Positions 8,886 to 17,617 of a stretch of 64,000 bases of DNA are shown one piece after another (position 1 is the first letter of the stretch; every line of letters begins with the position of its first letter). The notes beneath the pieces are model-generated. The model was not told where the DNA came from, did not search any database, and saw only the letters and a program-made list of their open reading frames with translations. The stretch lies in assembly GCA_964594835.1 (NCBI GenBank), contig CAZQNA010000006.1:1-64000 (forward strand), given 5' to 3'. Source of the stretch: an uncultured Nitrososphaerota archaeon (GTDB lineage Archaea; Korarchaeota; Korarchaeia; Korarchaeales; Korarchaeaceae). The translations under genes and the position numbers were made by a program.

Positions 8886-10241
8886 TCAGACGCCCCCCAC
8901 CCAGCGCCTCACCTCTTCAAACAGCGCCCTCTCCTGGGCGTACCACCTCTCGAACCCGTCGGGGGTTTCGGGGAAGTTGGAGTACAGCTCGACGGCCCTG
9001 TCCATGTAGTCCTTCACCCTCACCAGCTGCCTCAGTATGGAGGGCCTCCTCAGGAGCTTCAGGCTGGACGTGACCCTGCGGACGATGTCCGACGCCAGCC
9101 TCCCCTTCGTGCCGATGTCGTAGATGTCCCCCCCGGACACGACCCCCGAGGAGATTATGAAGTTGAGGTCGTCGTTGGTCAGCCTCTGGAGGTAGAGCCT
9201 CAGCACGTCGAGTCCAGCCTGCTTGGCCCCGTAGAGTTCGTGGTACCTCCTGTGGTAGCTCCAGAGGCCAGCCGCGCCGAAGTCCCCTGCCTCGCTGGCC
9301 TCGAGTATCGCCTCCGCGGCCGCCTTCGCGCCCAGCATGCTCGGGCCGATTCCTCCCCCGTGGATCGGGTTGGCGGCGCATATCGCGTCTCCCACGGCGA
9401 GGAACCCGTTCCAGACCATGCAGGGGACGGTCCTCCTGGTTGGGACGACCCCCCCGCCCACGTGGATCCTCCTCCTGACCCTGTACCTGGGCTCCAGCCG
9501 CTCCTCGTATACCCTCCTGGGGTTCGGACTGCCCGGGATCGCCTGGACGCCGAGCCCCAGGTTTATGGAGTTGTCTCCCTTGTGGAAGGACCACCAGTAT
9601 CCGCCGGGCGCTATCTCGACGTTGAGGTAGATGACGGCGTACCCCCTCTCCCGCTCGGGCACCTCCTCAACCTCGAGCTCGCCCCTGTAGGCGGCTATGA
9701 GGTCCTCCCTCGGCACCCGGTGGGAGACCCACCACCCCTCAGGGAGCTTCCCCCTGAGGGTCGCCGTCGCGCCGGTCGCGTCGACTACCACGCTCGACTC
9801 GATCTCGAAGACCCTCCCATCCCTGAGGTCCCTCACCCTGACCCCGAGGACGTTTGACCCGCTCACCAGGGGCTCGAATGCGTGGTGCCCACCGAAGAAC
9901 TCGGCCCCGGCCCGCTCGGCCATTGAGAGGAGTCTCTGCCCGAAGTGATACCTGTTCAGCGCGTACCCCTCGCCCCCCACCACGACGGCGTCCTCCTCGT
10001 TGGGGGCGAACACCTTCACGCCCCGAAACCTGCCCTCGACCTCCGGGCCGGTTGGGTGAGGTATCCCCACCCGGTCGAAGTGCCTGACGTCTATGGCGTC
10101 GCCGCAGACCTTGTCTCCCACCCCCTCCCTGGGCTTCATGTCGAGCAGGGCGACCCTCAACCCGCCCCTGGCCAGGAAGTAGGCGGTCGTGGCCCCGGCC
10201 GTCCCGGCCCCCGCCACCACGACGTCGTACCTCTCCCCCAT
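8886..10241 (-). CDS. Geranylgeranyl reductase family FAD oxidoreductase (DGGGPL reductase-like)
   Basis: GAGTAG FAD motif, DKVCGDA, GGYWWSF, VGDAICAANPIHGGGI. Confidence 0.88.
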   Translation of the reverse strand: MGERYDVVVAGAGTAGATTAYFLARGGLRVALLDMKPREGVGDKVCGDAIDVRHFDRVGIPHPTGPEVEGRFRGVKVFAPNEEDAVVVGGEGYALNRYHFGQRLLSMAERAGAEFFGGHHAFEPLVSGSNVLGVRVRDLRDGRVFEIESSVVVDATGATATLRGKLPEGWWVSHRVPREDLIAAYRGELEVEEVPERERGYAVIYLNVEIAPGGYWWSFHKGDNSINLGLGVQAIPGSPNPRRVYEERLEPRYRVRRRIHVGGGVVPTRRTVPCMVWNGFLAVGDAICAANPIHGGGIGPSMLGAKAAAEAILEASEAGDFGAAGLWSYHRRYHELYGAKQAGLDVLRLYLQRLTNDDLNFIISSGVVSGGDIYDIGTKGRLASDIVRRVTSSLKLLRRPSILRQLVRVKDYMDRAVELYSNFPETPDGFERWYAQERALFEEVRRWVGGV

Positions 10242-10318
10242 GCGATCACCCGGTGCGCGGTGGGCACCTGGTGCGCCACGTTATAAGGAAGAGGTGAGCG
10301 CAGACCCACCTGGTCCGC

Positions 10319-10765
10319 ATGACGGAACCCGGCTGGGCAGACTCCGTGATGGACCTGGTGGAGGCCAGGATCGAGCACACGGTCAGGGGGATTGAGGAGA
10401 CCCTCCGACGGGTCCTCGAAGAGAGGGGGGTTGGCAGGGAGGAGCTTGTCGCGGCCCTTGAGAGGCTCCAGGAGGGGTTCTCTCTCCTGTCACAGAGGTG
10501 GGTCCTGCCCATAATGATAGTGCTCCTACTGGGCGGGGAGCAGAGGTTCAGCGCCCTCAAGAGGACGCTTGGGGTGGGGTCGAGGGTCCTCACGGACAAG
10601 CTCAGGGCGCTCCAGGCCGCGGGCCTCGTGGTCAGGAGGGTGGAGCCGGGCCCGCCCGTGTCCACGTGGTACTCCCTGACTCCCCGGGGTAGGGAGATGG
10701 CCCTCCTGGCGATCCCCCTGCTGTACAGGGCGGCCGCCCAGCCGAGGGTCGGGGATCAGAGGTGA
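10319..10765 (+). CDS. HxlR family winged-helix regulator
   Basis: QRWVLPI ... RFSALKRTLG ... LTDKLRAL ... GPPVSTWYSLTPRG. Confidence 0.85.
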   Translation: MTEPGWADSVMDLVEARIEHTVRGIEETLRRVLEERGVGREELVAALERLQEGFSLLSQRWVLPIMIVLLLGGEQRFSALKRTLGVGSRVLTDKLRALQAAGLVVRRVEPGPPVSTWYSLTPRGREMALLAIPLLYRAAAQPRVGDQR

Positions 10766-10887
10766 CCGGCCGGAGAGGGGGGAGGCGCGCGGGCCACCCC
10801 GGCCTCGGCGGAGGGGCGGGCCGGGGCGCGCCCTATAAGGGAGGCCTGACGCCACTCTCCCGGGGGTGCAAGACGACCGGTCCTCTC

Positions 10888-11403
10888 GTGCCCTATGGAG
10901 ATCGGAGGCCGAGGGTCCACCCGAGCTCGTTCGTGGATCCTGGATCCAGGATCGCCGGAGACGTCGAGATTGGGCCTGACTGTGCGGTCCTCTTCGGGTC
11001 GGCCGTCAGGGGGGACGACGAGCCGGTGAGGATCCTGGAGAGATCGGTCGTGCTGGAGCACGCCCTGATAGAGGCCCCCGAGGGGCACCCCGTGACCGTC
11101 GGACCAGGCGCGCTGGTGTCCCACGGGGCGATAGTGCACGGAGCGAGGGTCGAGAGGGGGGCCCTGGTCGGAATAGGGGCGATAGTGCTCGACGGGGCGA
11201 CGGTCGGCGAGTATTCCATCGTGGCCGCCGGCGCGGTGGTCCCGCCGGGCAGGGAGGTCGAGCCCGGCTGGCTCGTGGCCGGAGTCCCCGCCAGGCCCCT
11301 GAGGAGGGTCACGGAGGAGGAGTCGTCGAGGACCGCCGCGGAGATAGGGAGGGTGCTCTCCAAGGTGAGGGAGTACCGGAGGGTCCTGACGCGTGAGGGG
11401 TGA
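10888..11403 (+). CDS. Gamma carbonic anhydrase-like left-handed beta-helix protein
   Basis: PRVHPSSFV, GDVEIG, VRGD, HGAIVHGA, AGVPAR; start approximate. Confidence 0.85.
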   Translation: MPYGDRRPRVHPSSFVDPGSRIAGDVEIGPDCAVLFGSAVRGDDEPVRILERSVVLEHALIEAPEGHPVTVGPGALVSHGAIVHGARVERGALVGIGAIVLDGATVGEYSIVAAGAVVPPGREVEPGWLVAGVPARPLRRVTEEESSRTAAEIGRVLSKVREYRRVLTREG

Positions 11404-11411
11404 GGCCCCCG

Positions 11412-11975
11412 TCACTCGAGGCTGGCGTGGCGCCTCGCTATGTCCTCCTCAGTCTTCCCGAGCCTCGCCGCCAGCTCCGATATGAGGGCGTCGCAGAATA
11501 TCATGGTTGAGAGCTCGAACAGGGTTCCGAGGGGGGTTAGGGGCTCGTGGATGCCCATGATCTGCCTCGACTCGTAGTCCGTCGTGGCCTCGGGCCTTAT
11601 CCTGCCCCTTATGGTGACGACCACGTCGGCCAGCCTCCCAATCGTGGAGTCGGGGTAGCTGGTTATGGCGGCTATTACCCCGCCGATCTTCTTCGCCTCC
11701 CCGGCGATGGTCGCCGGGTAGAGGGTCTCTCCCGACCCGCTTATGACGATGAGGAGGTCGCCGGGATCCATCCTGGGGGTCGTCGTCTCTCCGACCACGT
11801 GGACCGAGAAGCCGAGGTGCATAAGCCTCATGGCGAAAGCCCTCGCCACGAGCCCCGACCTGCCGGCCCCCACGACGAATATCCTCCTGTCGCCGAGGGT
11901 CCTGAGGATTGACTGGGCCAGCCTGTCGACCGCCTCATCGTCAATGGATGCCAGATTCTCCCTGAGCGTGTCCAC
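11412..11975 (-). CDS. hxlB: 6-phospho-3-hexuloisomerase
   Basis: GAGRSGLVARAFAMRLMHLG, GETTTP, ISGSGET, PLGTLFE, RHASLE end; true start may lie slightly upstream. Confidence 0.92.
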   Translation of the reverse strand: MDTLRENLASIDDEAVDRLAQSILRTLGDRRIFVVGAGRSGLVARAFAMRLMHLGFSVHVVGETTTPRMDPGDLLIVISGSGETLYPATIAGEAKKIGGVIAAITSYPDSTIGRLADVVVTIRGRIRPEATTDYESRQIMGIHEPLTPLGTLFELSTMIFCDALISELAARLGKTEEDIARRHASLE

Positions 11976-12034
11976 CAGCAGGAGCGCCCTCTCCCTGACT
12001 CCCAGGGGCGATCCCCTTGGCCCCGCCGCTCACC

Positions 12035-12043
12035 AAATATATT
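12035..12043. promoter_or_regulatory. Bidirectional TATA box between hxlB and hxlA
   Basis: AAATATATT is the only AT-rich element between the two divergent genes. Confidence 0.55.
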
Positions 12044-12064
12044 GTTGCGCCCCCGCCTTCCCCT

Positions 12065-12688
12065 GTGGACATCTTCGTGTCCCTGGACCTAGTCGACCTC
12101 GGGCGGGCGATCAGGATCGCGATCGAGGTGTGGAGGGCTGGGGTAAGGCACCTGGAGGTCGGGACCCCTCTGATAAAGGCGGAGGGAATCAGGGCGGTCA
12201 GGGCGCTGAGGCAGGCCCTCCCAGAGGCTGTGATCTTTGCAGACACGAAGACGGCTGACGTGGGGGCCTTGGAGGCCAGGATGGCCCTTGAGTCGGGGGC
12301 TAACATCATGAGCGTCCTGGGGGCGGCCCCAGACGCCACCATAAGGTCGGCCGTCGAGGCGGCGAGGGGCCTCGGGGGGACTGTCCTCCTCGACACGCTG
12401 GGGCTGGGGGACAGGGCCGTCCAGAGGGCCCTGGAGGCCTCCAGGCTCGGGGTGGGGATGGTCTGCCTCCACACCGGCGTTGACGAGGGCGTCTTCAGGG
12501 ATGTCAAACTCCTGTCGAGGCTGAAGGGGACCGGACTGAGGGTGGGGGCGGCCGGCGGCCTCGATCCCGAGGGAGTCTCCCGGCTCTCCAGCCTCGCGGA
12601 CTTCGTCATGGTCGGGAGGTACGTGACGGGAAGTGAGGATCCCTGGAGGGCTGCTTCGGAGGTTCTGAGGGCGGCGAAAGGTGGTTAG
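12065..12688 (+). CDS. hxlA: 3-hexulose-6-phosphate synthase (HUMPS family)
   Basis: LEVGTPLIKAEG, ADTKTADVG, HTGVD, AAGG, VGR motifs; divergent from hxlB. Confidence 0.85.
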   Translation: MDIFVSLDLVDLGRAIRIAIEVWRAGVRHLEVGTPLIKAEGIRAVRALRQALPEAVIFADTKTADVGALEARMALESGANIMSVLGAAPDATIRSAVEAARGLGGTVLLDTLGLGDRAVQRALEASRLGVGMVCLHTGVDEGVFRDVKLLSRLKGTGLRVGAAGGLDPEGVSRLSSLADFVMVGRYVTGSEDPWRAASEVLRAAKGG

Positions 12689-12693
12689 AGGCC

Positions 12694-14049
12694 TCAGGAG
12701 GGCCTCACGAATCTTATCCTCCCACCGCTAAGCTCCATGATGTACCTCACGCTCGGGCCCTCCAGCCTCCTGGACTTGAGCACAGTCGCCAGCCTCCGGA
12801 GGACCCCGTCCCTCTCGACTATCTTCAGGAGCACGACAGTGTCCGCGTAGAGGGAGGCAGCCCTGGTGTCCTTCTCGAAGTGCCCGCTGCCCAGCTGGGA
12901 GCACAGTATCGTTATCCCCCTCTCCTTGGCCATCCACTGGAGGTACCTGGTGAAGTCTATCAGCCCCTCTCGACCGACGGCGTGCTCTATAGCCGTGAGG
13001 CTGTCCACGAATAGGAACTCCGATCCACTCCTTTCGATCAGCTCCTCAATCAGCTCGAACTGCTCGAGGGGACCGAGGGCCTGTGGGACGACCGAGGCGA
13101 CCTCCAGCGGGTCACCCTCCGAGAGGCCAAGGGACCTCGCGAGCTTGAGCGCGGCGCCCCTCGAGGACTCGAGGGTCACTATGGTGGACCTCCTGCCGGC
13201 CTTGGCCGACGCCACGGCCATGGCCGTTCCCAGCACAGTCTTGCCCGATCCAACGGGCCCCTCCACGATGTTGAGCGATGACCTGGGCAGACCACCGCCC
13301 AGCATCTCGTCCAGCCCGTCTATTCCCGTGGGGACCAGGTCGAGGGATTCCTCGGTGTCCAGGGAGTGGGGGAGGGTGATCACACGAACTCCCCCGTGTC
13401 GGGGTGAGATCGAGAAAGTGGTGACCGGCTCGGACGGAGAAGCAGTCCTCACCTTGACTATCCTCGCCCTCCTCACGAGCCCCCCTCTCTCCTCCTCCAG
13501 GAGCGAGAGCTCTATTAGGGCGTCCGCGAGGTAGGCGATTCCGACCAACATCTCCTTGCTGAGGGCCTCCGGCGAGACCGTGGCCACGATGCCCGAGCCT
13601 ACCCGCCGGGCGGTCTCCAGCAGCCTCTGGGAGATTATCCTCAGGGCGGAGCTGGACTCCAGGGGAGAGATCAGGTGGGCCAAACCGTCTACGAGGACCC
13701 TCCCCGGCTTAAACTGCTCTATCTCGTCAGCTATGGTGAACAGGGCCATCTCAGCCTCCACCGAGGACCCTGGTATCTCTAGCGACCTTATCTTGGTCTT
13801 CCCGGAGGCCCGAAAGCCGTCGAGGGATCTGCCGAGGGAGTCGGCCTGCCTGAGGAAGTCGGGTTCGGGGTAGCCGGCGATCAGGGCCAGGCACCTCTCG
13901 TCGCGGGAGCACCCCTCGTGGAGGTACTGTACCCCCAGAACGGTCTTTCCGGTTCCCGGTCCCCCTGAGACGAGGACCAGGGAGCCGGCGCCCAGGCCAG
14001 AGAGGGCCTCGTCGAGGGGCTCCACGCCAAAGAAGGTCTTCGCGCCCAT
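12694..14049 (-). CDS. KaiC-like/RAD55 double-domain RecA-fold ATPase
   Basis: Walker A GGPGTGKT and GPVGSGKT, PTGIDGLDEMLGGG, VKVR and LKSR finger motifs. Confidence 0.87.
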   Translation of the reverse strand: MGAKTFFGVEPLDEALSGLGAGSLVLVSGGPGTGKTVLGVQYLHEGCSRDERCLALIAGYPEPDFLRQADSLGRSLDGFRASGKTKIRSLEIPGSSVEAEMALFTIADEIEQFKPGRVLVDGLAHLISPLESSSALRIISQRLLETARRVGSGIVATVSPEALSKEMLVGIAYLADALIELSLLEEERGGLVRRARIVKVRTASPSEPVTTFSISPRHGGVRVITLPHSLDTEESLDLVPTGIDGLDEMLGGGLPRSSLNIVEGPVGSGKTVLGTAMAVASAKAGRRSTIVTLESSRGAALKLARSLGLSEGDPLEVASVVPQALGPLEQFELIEELIERSGSEFLFVDSLTAIEHAVGREGLIDFTRYLQWMAKERGITILCSQLGSGHFEKDTRAASLYADTVVLLKIVERDGVLRRLATVLKSRRLEGPSVRYIMELSGGRIRFVRPS

Positions 14050-14148
14050 CGAGCTCCGACCGATGTGGCGGCCATCAGACAAAAATGTTGCTTGAAGGAG
14101 GATTTCACGACGGACCGGGAGGGCCAGGGAGCCCGGCGACGGCGGAGG

Positions 14149-14754
14149 TCAGCGCTTGTCCCGGGGCGGAGGGCGCTTTAAGGAATTCTCAGCCCCCCTC
14201 TTAACTCGCACAAGGTCTGGGGGGACCCATTCGGTGAGATAGATAAGTTCGGATCCCCTCCAGAGCTTCAGGCCTCTCCCGACGAGCTCCCTAGAATTCA
14301 CCTCCAGCACCACGACGTCCCGCCCGTGCCGCCTGGCGACCTCCACGGCGACCTCCTCCGTGGCGGACAGGTGGACGAACCTCCTCCCCATGGGTCTTAT
14401 CCCCTCTCTCAGGATCCGCGGTAGGGATCTCCTCGTGGTCCCGTGGAATAGGACCTCCGGGACTTCGGACGCGGGCTCGACCGGCGGGCTGACGGGCACG
14501 CTGTGCCCGTAGGTTGCCCTGATCCTCCCTCCCCTTATCTCGAACCTCCCCCTCGGGTCAGACGCCACGACCTCTTCTATGTCCCGGGGCGTGACCCAGC
14601 CGAGGCCTCTCAGCCTCGATATCCTCTCAGCCAGCTCCTCCAGATCTACGTCTGCGAATCCGAATTCGTCGAGCCTGATCCCAACGAGATCCGGCCTGTG
14701 CCTCAGGATCAGGCTGAGCAGCTTGCTGAGCCTCACCCTCCGCCTGGGGTCCAC
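14149..14754 (-). CDS. kptA: RNA 2'-phosphotransferase (Tpt1/KptA)
   Basis: SKLLSLILRH, RFE, IRATYGHS, LFHGT, VHLS; GTG start at 14754. Confidence 0.92.
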   Translation of the reverse strand: MDPRRRVRLSKLLSLILRHRPDLVGIRLDEFGFADVDLEELAERISRLRGLGWVTPRDIEEVVASDPRGRFEIRGGRIRATYGHSVPVSPPVEPASEVPEVLFHGTTRRSLPRILREGIRPMGRRFVHLSATEEVAVEVARRHGRDVVVLEVNSRELVGRGLKLWRGSELIYLTEWVPPDLVRVKRGAENSLKRPPPRDKR

Positions 14755-14808
14755 GTGGGCCTGACCCAGAGACCTGCGTTTATACGGCAGCGCGCCGCTG
14801 CATCCCCG

Positions 14809-15423
14809 ATGACCCCGGCTGAGCTGGCCTCCATGCTGGCCTCCCTGGCGCTCGCGGGGATGAGCGCGGTCGTGTCCGCGGCCTACCTGCTCCAGAAGAT
14901 CGTCAGCTCGGCGGTCTCCAGAGTTCTGAGGGCCCCCCTGGCCGAGTCCAGCCCCCTGGACCGGGTCTACACGGCCAGCTGGGTCCTGGCAGCGGCGGCC
15001 GGCGCGTGGATCTCCCGCGGGTCTGGCCTCCCGGCGATGATAGCCACGGCCCTGGCCTTCAAGAGCGGATCGGACCTGGGGAGCAGGTTGGTCTACTCCA
15101 TCCACGATCTCTCCCTGCTGTCTAGGGGTGGGGGGCTGAGGTCCGCCGTGTCCAAGGCCCTGGCCCTGACCTCGGTTCCAAGCCTGCTGTTCCTCCTGAC
15201 CTGGTGGCTGACCCTGCAGGCGACCTCCGTGTTCGTGACGCGGGTCCTCGGCCTCCCCCTGAACCTCGTCTCGCTGGGACTCTGGGTGGCCGGCATCTCC
15301 TTCGGCCTGGCGTTCGGGGCCCTCAGGTCGAGGGGCGAGGAGGGCGTGCTCCTGAGGGGCGAGCTCGCCCTGGTCCTCGGATCGGCGGCCCGGGCCGCGC
15401 TCACGAGTGAACGGGAACGATAA
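14809..15423 (+). CDS. Integral membrane hypothetical protein
   Basis: About 5-6 hydrophobic segments; TTTATA at 14779-14784 shared with divergent kptA. Confidence 0.6.
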   Translation: MTPAELASMLASLALAGMSAVVSAAYLLQKIVSSAVSRVLRAPLAESSPLDRVYTASWVLAAAAGAWISRGSGLPAMIATALAFKSGSDLGSRLVYSIHDLSLLSRGGGLRSAVSKALALTSVPSLLFLLTWWLTLQATSVFVTRVLGLPLNLVSLGLWVAGISFGLAFGALRSRGEEGVLLRGELALVLGSAARAALTSERER

Positions 15424-15451
15424 TTTCGTGAACCCCACATCCACACATGAG

Positions 15452-16114
15452 ATGCCCGATCGCGAGGATTCCAGGGGCGGAGACGTCGAGATCCGGGGGG
15501 CCGGGGTGTATCGGGAGGGTGAGATCCTAAAGGTCGCCGGGTCGGCTACGGCTCCGGGCGACGTGGCCGCCAAGACGGTCTCGGTCGCCGGCAGGCTGAC
15601 GGTGGGCGGGACCCTCCGCTCTGAGACCATCTCTGTGGCCGGAACGCTGTCGGCGAGGTCGGTAGAGACGAGGTCGTTCTCCGTAGCCGGACTCGCCAGG
15701 GTGAGGGGCAGGCTGGTGGCGGAGACGGTGAAGGTGGGGGGCCGGCTCGAGGCGGGAGAGGTGCTGGCGAGGGCCGTGACGATAGGCGGGACGATCTCCG
15801 CCGGTTCGGTGGAGGTCGACGAGTTCAACCTGAGGCTCGCCGGCCGCTCCGAGATCGACAGGATCTCCGCCAGGGCCGTCACCGTGAGGAGGAAGGGCGA
15901 CCTCCTCGGGTTGCTCAGACGCTCGAGGAGGCTGAGGGCCAAGAGGATAGAGGGTAAGATCGTCCGCCTGTCCTGGGTGTCCTGCGAGGAGGTGCTGGGC
16001 GAGCGCGTCTACCTGGGGCCCGGCAGTCGGGTCGGAAGGGTCGTCTACCGCGAGGAGGCGAAGATCTCCGAAAGGGCGAGGGTGGGAGAAGTCGTCAGGG
16101 CGGGGCCGGAGTAG
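15452..16114 (+). CDS. Bactofilin-like/polymer-forming beta-helix protein
   Basis: Repeated (V/I)xVxGx(L/A)xxxG units of about 17 aa (VSVAGRLTVGG, ISVAGTLSA, FSVAGLARVRG, VKVGGRLEA), as in YhbE/YhbF-type proteins. Confidence 0.7.
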   Translation: MPDREDSRGGDVEIRGAGVYREGEILKVAGSATAPGDVAAKTVSVAGRLTVGGTLRSETISVAGTLSARSVETRSFSVAGLARVRGRLVAETVKVGGRLEAGEVLARAVTIGGTISAGSVEVDEFNLRLAGRSEIDRISARAVTVRRKGDLLGLLRRSRRLRAKRIEGKIVRLSWVSCEEVLGERVYLGPGSRVGRVVYREEAKISERARVGEVVRAGPE

Positions 16115-16130
16115 CCCACCCTCCCTCGCA

Positions 16131-16751
16131 TCACCGTCTCCCGCCGGAGAACCTGGCCCGCTCCCTCAGCATCCTCTTGTAGTGCTCCCTCTGGACCCTG
16201 ACCTCCCTGCCGCAGCTGCCGCACCTGTACACTAGGGCGTCTCCCTCCTCCCTGGGCTCACCTGTGAGCGGCCTGCCGCAGTAGCACACGAAGCCGATCA
16301 GCCTGGCCGGGTTTCCAGCGACGAGGCCGTGCGGAGGGACGTCCCTCGTCACGACCGACCCCGCCGCCACCATGGCGTACTCCCCTATGGTCACGCCGCA
16401 CACTATCGTGGCGTTGGCTCCCACGCTGGCCCCCCTGCGGACCAGAGTCGGCACGACCTCCCAGTCTGTGCTGAAGGACCTCGGGTACTTGTCGTTCGTG
16501 AAGGCCACGTGGGGCCCAATGAACGCCTCGTCCTCTATGGTCACGCCCCTGAAGACTGAGACACCGTTCTCGATCTTGACTCCGTCCCCTATACTGACCC
16601 CGGCGTCCACGTAGACGTCCTTGCCGAGGATGCAGTTCCTCCCTATCCTCGCCCCCTCCCTGACGTGGGCGAAGTGCCAGACCTTCGTTCCCTCTCCGAT
16701 CTCGGCTCCGGGCTCGACGACGGCCTTCGGATGCACGAACGCCTCTCCCAT
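16131..16751 (-). CDS. Hexapeptide-repeat sugar N-acetyltransferase (WbpD-like) with C-terminal zinc ribbon
   Basis: VWHFAHV, FTNDKYPRS, GANATIVCG, GNPAR, CYCG ... CGSCG. Confidence 0.88.
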   Translation of the reverse strand: MGEAFVHPKAVVEPGAEIGEGTKVWHFAHVREGARIGRNCILGKDVYVDAGVSIGDGVKIENGVSVFRGVTIEDEAFIGPHVAFTNDKYPRSFSTDWEVVPTLVRRGASVGANATIVCGVTIGEYAMVAAGSVVTRDVPPHGLVAGNPARLIGFVCYCGRPLTGEPREEGDALVYRCGSCGREVRVQREHYKRMLRERARFSGGRR

Positions 16752-16768
16752 GAAGACTCAACCTCCCG

Positions 16769-17587
16769 TCAACCCAGGCCCGACACGGGCGGGGTGAACC
16801 TGAAGTTGAGCGGGTCGAGGAAGTACTTTGGCATGACCGGACTCAGCGGGTACCTCAGCGCCAGCCAGGACTGCAGGACCATGACGGCCGCGGTGGCCCA
16901 GGCCGAGTCCTCAGCGTCGAGTCCGACTGACCTGCTGAACGCCCTGTAGACCAGGAAGGCCTCCCAGATCAGGAACGGGGCGCTCACGAGGGCGGTCAGC
17001 CGGAGGTCAAAGGCGTAGTACTCCTCGACCATGCCCATGGCCTCCTCCGCGAGCCTCTGGAGCAGCCTCGGGTGGGCGGCGACGCTCAGGTCGTAAACCA
17101 CCTCCAGCCCGCCGGACGCTGCCCTCTTGGCCAGCACCACGGCGGCGGCTCTGAGGCCGTCTGGGATCATGATGGGGCTCAGGGCCATGACTGCCCCAGA
17201 GAGGGGTATGGCGCGCCCCATCCGCCTGGCGACGTAGGAGGCTAGGGCGCCCCTGACGATCAGGAAGATGCCTAACACCGAGGGGATCACAAAGGCGCTG
17301 GCGACCGCCTGGAGGGACATGGCCCTGTCGCTGTAGTAGTGGACGTCTATGCTGGCCACCCACGGGGGGAGGTTCACGGCCCTGTAGGCGATCCCAGCGT
17401 CCAGCGCGAGCTTCGCGGCCAGCGCCGTGACGGACTGGATGAGCCACACGAGGCCCAGGATCTTCAGGTTGGAGGCCCGCCCCAGCTTGATGAACAGGTC
17501 CTCTCTCCCGACCAAGGCGCCTCTCATGTACTCCCGTAGGGTGTAGAGGGCCTCTGTCCCGAGCAGCCTCTCATCTCCGCTCTCCAC
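16769..17587 (-). CDS. Multi-pass membrane protein (possibly Yip1-like)
   Basis: About 5 TM segments with soluble loops; family assignment by topology only. Confidence 0.5.
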   Translation of the reverse strand: MESGDERLLGTEALYTLREYMRGALVGREDLFIKLGRASNLKILGLVWLIQSVTALAAKLALDAGIAYRAVNLPPWVASIDVHYYSDRAMSLQAVASAFVIPSVLGIFLIVRGALASYVARRMGRAIPLSGAVMALSPIMIPDGLRAAAVVLAKRAASGGLEVVYDLSVAAHPRLLQRLAEEAMGMVEEYYAFDLRLTALVSAPFLIWEAFLVYRAFSRSVGLDAEDSAWATAAVMVLQSWLALRYPLSPVMPKYFLDPLNFRFTPPVSGLG

Positions 17588-17617
17588 AGGTCGCCAGCGC
17601 GGGCGTCGGAAAAAAGC

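Noticed and set aside
14755-15942. Apparent long N-terminal fusion to Tpt1 (597-aa ORF)
   Set aside because: The extension is antisense to two plausible plus-strand genes; Tpt1 homology begins at GTG 14754 next to a TATA.
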